Positions 30,663 through 38,789 of a DNA stretch of 64,000 bases are shown here, in pieces (position 1 is the stretch's first letter; every line of letters starts with the position of its first letter). The DNA comes from a virus (taxonomy: Duplodnaviria > Caudoviricetes). Both the position numbers and the translations under genes were made by a program. The DNA lies in IMG/VR virus record IMGVR_UViG_3300031853_000003, positions 64,001-128,000 of that record; one strand, given 5' to 3'. Under the pieces are notes generated by a model that saw only the letters and a program-made list of their open reading frames with translations, searched no databases and was not told the DNA's origin.

Positions 30663-30818
30663 ATGTCACCTCAGGATATCTTGAATTCTGTGAAAGAAGC
30701 GATGCCGGGCCTTGATGGTCCGGCAAAGTACGCTGAATATGAAAGAGCAAAGCAACAATTGTTGTCACAAGGCTACTATGGATATGAGAAGGAGCTTGCA
30801 GACATACTCAACATCTAA
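30663..30818 (+). CDS. small hypothetical protein
   Basis: AGGA RBS; 51 aa filling the gap. Confidence 0.45.
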   Translation: MSPQDILNSVKEAMPGLDGPAKYAEYERAKQQLLSQGYYGYEKELADILNI

Positions 30819-30864
30819 CCTTCCATATGAGTACAATATTGTTATATGGAGGAATACTATACAC

Positions 30865-31350
30865 ATGTTAGAGCTAACAATTGGTGAGAAGCACCGAGTG
30901 AAGGTGGTCAAGTATCTGTCTAAGGGCATACTTGTCAAAGTTGAGGGAGACAACAGTGATAACACAATGTTTATTCATCTGTCGAAGATATCCCCTAAAT
31001 TTGTCACAGACGTATCCGATTTCGTGACGATGGGAGAAGTCTACGAAGCAGAAGTCGTACCTAGTCCTATTCCCGACAAACCATTTGAGTTGTCGCTGCT
31101 TGCGCTGAATCTTCATTCCAAAGCACCTTACACACCTCGTGCTACTTATTCAGATGGTTCGTTAAATAAATCACAGCAATCACATAGAACCCAACCTCCT
31201 AGAGGACATTCTGATCACAAGCCAAAGTATAACAAACAGCGTTCCGAAAGGTCACTTGATGACATGATCAAAGACGTTGAAGCGTCGTACAATGATAAGT
31301 TTCGTGGTAAGGGAGAACCTAGGGGAAGACGACGCAGAAGTCGTAGATAA
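30865..31350 (+). CDS. S1 RNA-binding domain protein (YugI/GSP13-like) with a basic tail
   Basis: IGEKHRVKVVKYLSKGILV...FIHLSKIS..FVTDVSDFV..GEVYEAEV. Confidence 0.8.
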   Translation: MLELTIGEKHRVKVVKYLSKGILVKVEGDNSDNTMFIHLSKISPKFVTDVSDFVTMGEVYEAEVVPSPIPDKPFELSLLALNLHSKAPYTPRATYSDGSLNKSQQSHRTQPPRGHSDHKPKYNKQRSERSLDDMIKDVEASYNDKFRGKGEPRGRRRRSRR

Positions 31351-31361
31351 GGAGAATCAAT

Positions 31362-31754
31362 ATGTCCCCATACAGAGTATTGGCACGATCCAAAGATGGT
31401 AAGCATCTAGTCCTTGCCGCCATGTTGTCAGTAGACAAGAAGTCCCAAGAACGACGAATATTTATCGTTGAAAAGGTGGTTCCAATTTGGGGACAGGAGC
31501 CTAAGAAAGAACGAGTTGAAGAGCTCGCTGATATCGCACATGCGATGGTGACCCGAAAGAATTCATCTATTCTCGCTCAATACAAGATCATAAAGACAGA
31601 GCAGATGACCAAACCGTATAAGGTTTCACGTGTCACATTCAGTAAGACTCTTTACATACTTTCCGGTATGCAGTATCTCCAGTCAGGTTGCTTAGTTGCA
31701 GCTATGGAAGACTTCTGCATCCGAGCAGGTTTTGACATTCTCTATCAATTTTAA
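31362..31754 (+). CDS. hypothetical protein
   Basis: AAGGAG RBS. Confidence 0.55.
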   Translation: MSPYRVLARSKDGKHLVLAAMLSVDKKSQERRIFIVEKVVPIWGQEPKKERVEELADIAHAMVTRKNSSILAQYKIIKTEQMTKPYKVSRVTFSKTLYILSGMQYLQSGCLVAAMEDFCIRAGFDILYQF

Positions 31755-31760
31755 GGACTG

Positions 31761-32015
31761 ATGACAATAGCTAGTTCCACACCTAACAACATCGAGTTTG
31801 ATCTGGATCAGATGACTCTGTTTATCGACACTGTACGTAATCAGAAGATTGCAGAGATCGATCAACTGGTATCTGAATTCGATGAATTACGGAAAGAATA
31901 TATGTCTGAGATAGACAAATTGAGGTCTTTCTACGGGCCTCAATTTGTTGCAATCTTAGCACAGATACAATCTAACAACAGGTTCATAGGCGAGGTATCA
32001 GATGTTAACAAATGA
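31761..32015 (+). CDS. hypothetical protein
   Basis: Operon packing. Confidence 0.45.
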   Translation: MTIASSTPNNIEFDLDQMTLFIDTVRNQKIAEIDQLVSEFDELRKEYMSEIDKLRSFYGPQFVAILAQIQSNNRFIGEVSDVNK

Positions 32016-32325
32016 TGATATGCAGATAATTGCGAAGATAGCAGCTGAATGCATTTCGCAAGCTAAGATAATGGAGAGTATTGACTCACTATCAAGCTCG
32101 CAGAGTACTATATGTAAGCTACTTGACGGTGTTCGACAGCTCACAGAGAAATACAGATTCGAACTCGCAGCCAACGACCTCTTCTTGAGAGAAGTCATAT
32201 TCTCAAAAGGTCTATCCTCTAAAGAAGTATATGACAACTGGATAAAGGAATTCTATCGAATCAACCAAGAACAGTATCAAGAGGCCATCAAACCGTTATA
32301 TCACGATGACGATTCAGAAGAATAA
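32002..32325 (+). CDS. hypothetical protein
   Basis: GAGG RBS. Confidence 0.5.
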   Translation: MLTNDDMQIIAKIAAECISQAKIMESIDSLSSSQSTICKLLDGVRQLTEKYRFELAANDLFLREVIFSKGLSSKEVYDNWIKEFYRINQEQYQEAIKPLYHDDDSEE

Positions 32326-32381
32326 ATTTTTCAAAATATTTTGAAAAATCGCTTGACTTTTTGAATCAATCCGTCTATAAT
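32326..32381 (+). promoter_or_regulatory. host sigmaA promoter preceded by a perfect 24-bp AT-rich palindrome
   Basis: TTGACT(32353)-17 bp-TATAAT(32376); ATTTTTCAAAATATTTTGAAAAAT at 32326-32349. Confidence 0.85.
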
Positions 32382-32433
32382 ATACTTGTAAGGACATATA
32401 ACACCTACTATTCAACACAAAGGAGATTACATC

Positions 32434-33045
32434 ATGGCTAAAGTACAACTTATCAAGAAAGCAAGAAAAGCTTGGTGCTGCCAGAAATGTCACGCAGAGA
32501 TCAAAGTCGGCGACCCGTACTACAGAGCAGAAGTCAACTTCGGTCCTGTATTCATCAGATGCACATCCTGCGGACTCAAGTCCTACGAAGCAACAACTTC
32601 CGAGTATACACAGCGTGTAGGTCAGCTCGTCAATGAGTGGGTCGACATCTACGGTGTCAACGAAGATGCTCTTGAAGACATAAAGTCCGAGATCGAAGAG
32701 ATCAGAGACGAAGTAGAGAGCCGTCTCGATGAGATGCCGGATCAGCTCAGAGATTCCAGTTCCTCAGGTGAGCTCCTCCAGGAACGTCTCGACAATCTCG
32801 AGAGCGCATATGATGATCTCGATGCTATCGACGTCGACGACATGAAGCGTGAAGCTGTCCTGGAGTTTGACGATGATCTCGTTGAACACTACAGAGTAGA
32901 CCTGGATGAACATGACGACTTCGACTATGATGAGGTCATCGCGGACGACTCACTCGATGAAGACCTTAGAGAGCAGATCGAGTCCTCTTTCAAGGACACC
33001 CTTGAATCCGCTATCGAGGACGCCATCGGCTCGCTTGAGTACTGA
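32434..33045 (+). CDS. early zinc-ribbon + highly acidic protein
   Basis: CQKC...CTSC followed by D/E-rich helices; first gene after the sigmaA promoter. Confidence 0.65.
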   Translation: MAKVQLIKKARKAWCCQKCHAEIKVGDPYYRAEVNFGPVFIRCTSCGLKSYEATTSEYTQRVGQLVNEWVDIYGVNEDALEDIKSEIEEIRDEVESRLDEMPDQLRDSSSSGELLQERLDNLESAYDDLDAIDVDDMKREAVLEFDDDLVEHYRVDLDEHDDFDYDEVIADDSLDEDLREQIESSFKDTLESAIEDAIGSLEY

Positions 33046-33059
33046 GAGGAGAAGGCAAG

Positions 33060-33455
33060 ATGATCAAGAAGTATTATCATGCGACCAGCGAGGAGTGTGC
33101 TAAGTCGATTGTCCGTGACGGCAAGATCAAGTGCAACTACGGTGAGATCTTTCTCGCAGAGACAATCGACGATGCCCTCAAGTTCCTCTTCTTCCGACAG
33201 CTTGACAAGGTCGTCATATTCGAGGTAGAGCTTGATGAAGACAAGGTGGTTGAGTCATTTGACCATAACGCAGCATTCTTCGGCTGCAGAGCCTGGATGA
33301 CGTTCGAGGACATACCTGTTACCTCTGAAACATCTGCTTACATCCAGGACATGTCGGAGATCTACCAACAGGTTAATCACAGAGTTACTCCTGATGAAAA
33401 CAACGTCGCAGTTGTCGCGGGTGATGTACTGCAAGACGCTGTTTCAAACAGGTAA
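33060..33455 (+). CDS. ADP-ribosyltransferase-fold-like protein
   Basis: YYHATS...SIVRDG...IFLAETIDDALKF...VIFEV resembles the H-x-T ART/KptA-like fold. Confidence 0.4.
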   Translation: MIKKYYHATSEECAKSIVRDGKIKCNYGEIFLAETIDDALKFLFFRQLDKVVIFEVELDEDKVVESFDHNAAFFGCRAWMTFEDIPVTSETSAYIQDMSEIYQQVNHRVTPDENNVAVVAGDVLQDAVSNR

Positions 33456-33466
33456 CTATATTTCAT

Positions 33467-33889
33467 GGGCGTGCCAGGTTTCGACGGGGCGCGAGAACAA
33501 ATAAGCTACGCTAGTATGCCACCGCTAAAGGGGCAACCTAAAAATAACTGACAAAGTTGTTTCTATTCACCCCGCTGCTATTGCTGCTCTTTTCGCAAGA
33601 AAGGCTGTAGCTTAATCAGCGATTTCGGGTACCAAAACGATATGGCCTGCTACTCGACGCATATCTGAGGTTCAAGGAAGTAGTAGCATCACAGTTCGTC
33701 ATCTCTGTAAAAGATGACTGGTGGAGCGATGAAACTTTTTCATCCCTAAGAGGGTAGCTGCCCTCAAGCTTCGGCTTGAACCAAACGACGTTGACAACCC
33801 GTACACAGCTTGAAATTTGTCTATGGCGTAAGAAATGCTTATTCAAGTATTCGTTTCGGACGCGGGTTCGACTCCCGCCACGTCCACCA
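33467..33889 (+). ncRNA. ssrA: tmRNA (transfer-messenger RNA)
   Basis: GGGCGTG/CACGTCC acceptor stem with G3.U70, GGTTTCGACGGG 5' motif, T arm GCGGGTTCGACTCCCGC, ACCA end; tag ORF 33550-33615 after AATAACT. Confidence 0.93.
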
Positions 33890-34071
33890 CAAGGCAAAGT
33901 GAGCCTTCTCTGATTTGCAAGTCAGGTCAATCACCGTGAGATGCGAACTCGTACAGGCCGAACTGCTCTAACGCGTGTACAAAAAGCTAACCCGGGGTCA
34001 CTGAAAGTTATAAAATACAGTGTCAAGAAACCTCGCCGGTGGGCTACGAGCAGCGCTGCACCGGCATACCT

Positions 34072-34146
34072 TGGGTAGTAGCCAAGCGGTAAGGCAACGG
34101 ACTTTGACTCCGTCATCCGTGAGTTCGAACCTCGCCTACCCAGCCA
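34072..34146 (+). tRNA. tRNA-Gln(UUG)
   Basis: Complete cloverleaf, anticodon loop CTTTGAC, encoded CCA. Confidence 0.93.
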
Positions 34147-34255
34147 TCGCAGTCGAGACCGCCTTCCTTCGACTGAGAACAAGCCGGTAGTGAGCGGACA
34201 AAAACAAGTTTGCCAAAGGCAGAGAACAAGTTGACTACCCAACTTGTTTTCACAT

Positions 34256-34419
34256 GGTTGATGTTTGTAGTGGCGGAATATGTAGACGCGGAGAAATGTT
34301 TGACAGGCCCTGTAGTTAAAGACTGATTGGCAGTAAGGGGCAAAGACGGTTCGAAACCCACTAATCCGAGCAGATACCGGCTCATGTGAGGTGCAAATCC
34401 TCACCTACAAACATTGACC
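34256..34419 (+). ncRNA. tRNA-Leu-like RNA with a 15-bp closing stem and an expanded anticodon region
   Basis: GGTTGATGTTTGTAG/CTACAAACATTGACC stem; D arm GCGGAATATGTAGACGC; variable arm GAGC/GCTC; T arm GTGAGG-TGCAAAT-CCTCAC. Confidence 0.6.
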
Positions 34420-34451
34420 TATTTCCTAGTTTATTTTAGGAGTGTTATCTG

Positions 34452-34943
34452 ATGTTACAACCTGCAATCCTTTATAAAGACGCAATTGAGGCCGCATTTA
34501 GCGCACAGTTATATACAGAAGATTTCTTCTATTATGCTGGATATAGAGGAGCCACTTATATCCCTGAAATAAAGCGCGAAGATTTCGTTTACCAATATGC
34601 TATAGTAGATCCTACTAAGGACAAAGGTAACGAATTGATCGGATACTTTTCTTACCAATTTGACACACTCAACGATACAGCACGCAATTTCGGGTTGTAC
34701 TCATTTGATCGAGGTAATAAGATCATCGGCAGAGACATAATCAAAAAGATGCGAGAGTTAGTACAGTCACATCATCGTGTAGAGTGGCGCATGATAGGTG
34801 GCAATCCTGTGAAGCGACATTACGACAAGTTCTGCCGTCGATACGGAGGTAATGTTGTAAAACTACACGAAGTTGTAAAGTCTCCATCTGGAAAATATGT
34901 AGATGAATACCTGTACGAAATTGTCAATACCGACAAACATTGA
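34452..34943 (+). CDS. GNAT-like protein
   Basis: LIGYFSY...VEWRMIGGNPVKRHYDKF...GG pattern. Confidence 0.45.
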   Translation: MLQPAILYKDAIEAAFSAQLYTEDFFYYAGYRGATYIPEIKREDFVYQYAIVDPTKDKGNELIGYFSYQFDTLNDTARNFGLYSFDRGNKIIGRDIIKKMRELVQSHHRVEWRMIGGNPVKRHYDKFCRRYGGNVVKLHEVVKSPSGKYVDEYLYEIVNTDKH

Positions 34944-34953
34944 GGAATTTCAC

Positions 34954-35364
34954 ATGATTAGACCAAAAGTTTGCCCAAATTGTGGCGGTCGAATTGATTT
35001 AGCTACATATAGATGTCAATACTGCGATACTCAGTTTTATCGAGATGACGAAGAAGACCTAGTTGAGTATGGGTACAATAACAACTTTCACCCTGCGCTA
35101 GTTGACGGTGACTATGCAACAGTAGCTACACAGATACAGATGCGAGAAGAAGATATACTTCGATTTGAGCAAGATGTTGCGTTTAGAAATCAAGTGGCGG
35201 AAGAACTCGCTGCAAACTTGGCCAATGCGCTCATTAGATATATGTATTTCAATATAACTGATTCTGTAGACGATAATGAAAAAGGCATACGTGGGTATTT
35301 GAAGGTGAAGCGATATTCTGCGCCGCAAGAAGCTGACATACTTAAGAAATTTGGACTCAGCTGA
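34954..35364 (+). CDS. zinc-ribbon protein
   Basis: CPNCGG...CQYC. Confidence 0.55.
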   Translation: MIRPKVCPNCGGRIDLATYRCQYCDTQFYRDDEEDLVEYGYNNNFHPALVDGDYATVATQIQMREEDILRFEQDVAFRNQVAEELAANLANALIRYMYFNITDSVDDNEKGIRGYLKVKRYSAPQEADILKKFGLS

Positions 35365-35415
35365 CTCGTTACATAAGCGGTGCATTGGTGGAGAACGATA
35401 TGATGATGAGGATAA

Positions 35416-35637
35416 ATGATGGATTATGAAGATTGGGCAAAAAGTTACGAACAAACAGCAGAACAACTAAGGCGAATCATAGTTCGTAATCAAGAGCTTC
35501 TCCGGCATAATGATTTATCTTCTAGTTGCAGAGAGCTAATATCTGCTCAGATACAGCAGCATAGAAAACTAGTTAAACACTGTTTAAGAACAGCTAGGGA
35601 GCTAAGAAAGCAAGGAGAGACACATGAAATTCAATAG
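35416..35637 (+). CDS. hypothetical protein
   Basis: GAGG RBS; after a TCGTTA motif. Confidence 0.45.
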   Translation: MMDYEDWAKSYEQTAEQLRRIIVRNQELLRHNDLSSSCRELISAQIQQHRKLVKHCLRTARELRKQGETHEIQ

Positions 35638-35833
35638 AAAATGCCCAATCTGTCGGCGTAAAGCTACACACAGATTTGGTAAACTCGATTTCTGTGATGA
35701 TCATTACAAAGATGTTCGGAAGTCGGATTGCTGCAAGCGCAGAAAAGCAACCACAGTTTGGGCTGAACGCTATGTAGGAATGTTCAGCTCGGATTGCAAA
35801 ATCTATAGAGATTATCTCGTCAAGATTCACTAA
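35624..35833 (+). CDS. small Cys-rich protein
   Basis: AAGGAG RBS; CPIC...CDDH. Confidence 0.45.
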   Translation: MKFNRKCPICRRKATHRFGKLDFCDDHYKDVRKSDCCKRRKATTVWAERYVGMFSSDCKIYRDYLVKIH

Positions 35834-35837
35834 TCTT

Positions 35838-36176
35838 ATGAGGAATAGGACGATGGAACGACTCAAGTGGCACAAATGGGAATATGCCGCAGGAGCAGAT
35901 CGCAAAGAGACATACCTTTCCTTATTTGAATTGCGATATGCAAACAACAAGACGTTATTTTCTGTAGAATTTCGCATTGATGTTTATTATTCTGGAGCGC
36001 GACAGCATAGAGCTCCTGACATTTCTGTTTACTATGTGCTGGGTGCAGATGAAGATCGAAATGATTATGAACTCTTTTCACTTAATGCAATCTCGTCTGT
36101 TGACATAGCTAAATCTCTATGTGAGCAAGAGTTACGAACGATGCTATTGCAACTACATCGAGGTTCTAAGGCATAG
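35838..36176 (+). CDS. hypothetical protein
   Basis: C-terminal AKSLCEQEL resembles AMQMCEDEL of the 50287 protein. Confidence 0.45.
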   Translation: MRNRTMERLKWHKWEYAAGADRKETYLSLFELRYANNKTLFSVEFRIDVYYSGARQHRAPDISVYYVLGADEDRNDYELFSLNAISSVDIAKSLCEQELRTMLLQLHRGSKA

Positions 36177-36217
36177 AATCGTTATATTGATCAGCTAGAT
36201 TACAAGGAGATTTAGAT

Positions 36218-36400
36218 ATGAAAGATCATCTGCGATACGAAATATATTCTGATGAAGAGCAACGAGTGATCGACTACTGCTCAAATAAGCAAGGCGCCAT
36301 TGCTCGCGCCTATGAACTTATGCGTAGATACGGTCCAATGTCCGTTATCAGAAGTAAGACAGGTGAGATAGTGTTCGAGACTCATCCCGATTGGCCTTGA
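36218..36400 (+). CDS. small hypothetical protein
   Basis: AAGGAG RBS; after a TCGTTA motif. Confidence 0.5.
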   Translation: MKDHLRYEIYSDEEQRVIDYCSNKQGAIARAYELMRRYGPMSVIRSKTGEIVFETHPDWP

Positions 36401-36503
36401 TCATTTCAGATCAGCTAAAGATGGCTGTATTTAATATATTGAAAGCTGCATCCGAGATAGATCATATTTGCATGAGTTGTACATTACTTGTGCAAACACA
36501 TCT

Positions 36504-36579
36504 GCACCGTTAGCTCAGCTGGTAGAGCAGCAAACTCATAATTTGCAAGTGCAGGGTTCGAGTCCCTGACGGTGCACCA
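36504..36579 (+). tRNA. tRNA with CAU anticodon (elongator Met, or more likely Ile2/lysidine)
   Basis: GCACCGT/ACGGTGC acceptor (G1-C72, so not initiator; C4-G69 and C5-G68 as in Ile2), loop CTCATAA, ACCA. Confidence 0.88.
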
Positions 36580-36705
36580 TAAGATCCTGGCCGACAAAAA
36601 CGACAGTAAAGACACAGATATGGGCAAATGCGTGTATTGGGATCAGGCGGGAACGCCAAAATGTAGTTGAAAATAGAGCGGGGAATATCAACTACGACTT
36701 TATAT

Positions 36706-36790
36706 GCGGGTATGGCGGAACAGGCAGACGCCCCAGATTTAGGTTCTGGTATCTCTTGATGTGCAGGTTCAAGTCCTGTTACCCGCACCA
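36706..36790 (+). tRNA. tRNA-Leu(UAG)
   Basis: Class II cloverleaf, loop TTTAGGT, ACCA. Confidence 0.92.
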
Positions 36791-36794
36791 ACAT

Positions 36795-36869
36795 GGCCAG
36801 GTAGTCAAGTGGTTAAGACACTACCCTTTCACGGTGGTAACCGGAGTTCGAATCTCCGTCTGGTCACCA
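36795..36869 (+). tRNA. tRNA-Glu(UUC)
   Basis: Cloverleaf, loop CTTTCAC, ACCA. Confidence 0.92.
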
Positions 36870-36901
36870 ACATCTGCTTACTAAACTTTAGGAGGTTCAA
36901 T

Positions 36902-37246
36902 ATGGCTATTCATAGTTATTTCTTCAAGTATGACTTAAATTCAAAATCATTTAAGTTTTGTGCCGAAGCACACGGCGTTGAGGATGTGGAAGCCGTTAGG
37001 TTAGAGCAGAATCCTAAAGAAATGTATGTAGAATGGAGTTTCGATACTCCTCAAGATGATATAGATGATATCACGAGAAAGGTTAACTACAGGTATCAAG
37101 ATAATAACTATTTCCGTTGCAAAGATTGCGGAGAGATAGTATATCTTACACCAGATGAAGAATGGTGGTTTAAGTCTAGGGGATTCAATATTCCTAAGAG
37201 ATGCTATGTCTGCAGAAAACATCGCAAAGGAGAAAACACAAATTAA
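36902..37246 (+). CDS. zinc-ribbon (zf-trcl-like) protein
   Basis: CKDCGE...WFKSRGFNIPKRCYVCR; AGGAGG RBS. Confidence 0.7.
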   Translation: MAIHSYFFKYDLNSKSFKFCAEAHGVEDVEAVRLEQNPKEMYVEWSFDTPQDDIDDITRKVNYRYQDNNYFRCKDCGEIVYLTPDEEWWFKSRGFNIPKRCYVCRKHRKGENTN

Positions 37247-37265
37247 AATCATTAGGAGGTCAAAT

Positions 37266-37802
37266 ATGGGCTGGATCAAGGCCATTTCGTCAAAACATCT
37301 CAATGATAAGATTCACTGCTATCATGGTACCTGGAATCCAGAAATGGATCGCTGTTGGATCCGAGAAGAGGACGGTCTCTGTGTGCAGTCTCGTCTTATC
37401 CGAGTACCAGAAGCGTTCGGCGGAAAAGTCGAACACGTTACAATCACTAAGAAAGGAATCTCAACAGACGGTTCCGGCGGCCTTACTTGGGCTGAGAAAC
37501 AGCAGATCAAAGATGAGCTCTTCGGTGAGAACCGAACTGCTGTAGAGGTCTTTCCGAAACAGAAGATGCTTGTCGACGTTTGCGATGTATATCATCTGTG
37601 GGTGTTCGACAAGAAGTTCGAGCTTCCGTTCGGAATTCATCCGAAGCAGTATACAAAAGCTATCAACAGAGGTTACAACATCACTCCCGATGAGATGTGT
37701 ACCCTCCAGGCCTACTACAAGAAGCGAGATGAGCTGGCCGCTGCTGCTAAGGCTGCTGCGCTTTCAGAGACAGCAGAGGTAACTGATGAAGCAGAAACAT
37801 AA
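37266..37802 (+). CDS. conserved phage protein
   Basis: EHVTI...TWAEKQQIKDELFG..AVEVFP...YHLW motif; AGGAGG RBS. Confidence 0.65.
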   Translation: MGWIKAISSKHLNDKIHCYHGTWNPEMDRCWIREEDGLCVQSRLIRVPEAFGGKVEHVTITKKGISTDGSGGLTWAEKQQIKDELFGENRTAVEVFPKQKMLVDVCDVYHLWVFDKKFELPFGIHPKQYTKAINRGYNITPDEMCTLQAYYKKRDELAAAAKAAALSETAEVTDEAET

Positions 37803-38481
37803 ATTCTCTACAGAGCTATCTTACGTCATCGGCCTCATTCTCATAGCTATCGGCACAGGTACTGTTACACGTTCTAATCTCGGTATTGGAATTGTTGTAG
37901 CTCCGGCATACATCTTTCATAGATGGTTGTCTACTATCAATCCATTCTTCTCGTTCGGTGTGTGCCAATACCTGTTTCAAGCTCTGCTACTTCTCCTGAT
38001 ATGTACGATACGACGCAGATTTCGACTTACATATCTGTTTGCATTCATATCTGCGGTGATAGAAGGCTATCTTCTAGATGCTGTTATGTATGTTGTACCT
38101 GAATGTAGTTCTCACATCGTCATACAACTTCTGATGTTTGCAGCAGGACAAGTAGTATGCTCCCTTGGAATAGCTTTCATGTTGAAAACATACATAACAC
38201 CTGAAGTGTATGAAGTAGCTGTGAATGAATTTACAGAACAATTCTGTTGGGCAACTACCTCGTACACAATCAGTGTAGTGAAGACTATTTATGATTGCGC
38301 AAGCGGCGTGATTGCAATAGGGCTTTCGTTCCTGATCTTTCATGAACTGATTGGTGTAGGTATTGGTACAATACTCAGTGCTATCGTCAGCGGATGGCTG
38401 ATTGGTATGTTCACTAAGTTAGCAGACAGTCATCTTGAATTCACTGACACATTCAAACTACGCAAGCTCTTTGAGAAATAG
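37786..38481 (+). CDS. YczE/YyaS/YitT-like multi-pass membrane protein
   Basis: Six hydrophobic helices; SNLGIG...IGVGIGTILSA. Confidence 0.7.
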   Translation: MKQKHKFSTELSYVIGLILIAIGTGTVTRSNLGIGIVVAPAYIFHRWLSTINPFFSFGVCQYLFQALLLLLICTIRRRFRLTYLFAFISAVIEGYLLDAVMYVVPECSSHIVIQLLMFAAGQVVCSLGIAFMLKTYITPEVYEVAVNEFTEQFCWATTSYTISVVKTIYDCASGVIAIGLSFLIFHELIGVGIGTILSAIVSGWLIGMFTKLADSHLEFTDTFKLRKLFEK

Positions 38482-38531
38482 CGTACTACAAAACCTTTAT
38501 TGATATGGTGACACTCAATGGAGGTGATACA

Positions 38532-38690
38532 ATGAAAAAGTATACTAGTCCTTCGTTAAATGTGGTGCAGATACATCTGACGAAGGACATTTTATCTGGC
38601 AGCGTCGAAGAATTCAACTCTTACATAGACGGTCCAGGCGATTGGGGAGATGATCCAATCATTGACCCTGATGACGATATAATCTGGTAA
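38532..38690 (+). CDS. small peptide with a YxxPxL leader and acidic tail
   Basis: GGAGGTG RBS; MKKYTSPSLNVV...DILSGS. Confidence 0.55.
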   Translation: MKKYTSPSLNVVQIHLTKDILSGSVEEFNSYIDGPGDWGDDPIIDPDDDIIW

Positions 38691-38711
38691 TTCGTTAAAC
38701 ACAGTAGATTC

Positions 38712-38787
38712 CGGGGTGTAGCGCAGCCGGAAGCGCGCCTGGTTTGGGACCAGGATGTCGGGGGTTCAAATCCCTTCACTCCGACCA
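38712..38787 (+). tRNA. tRNA-Pro(UGG)
   Basis: CGGGGTG/CACTCCG acceptor, loop TTTGGGA, ACCA. Confidence 0.92.
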
Positions 38788-38789
38788 TA

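Noticed and set aside
33616-34404. Minus-strand ORFs over the tmRNA/tRNA region (likewise 36510-36794 and 38621-38836)
   Set aside because: Antisense translations of RNA genes
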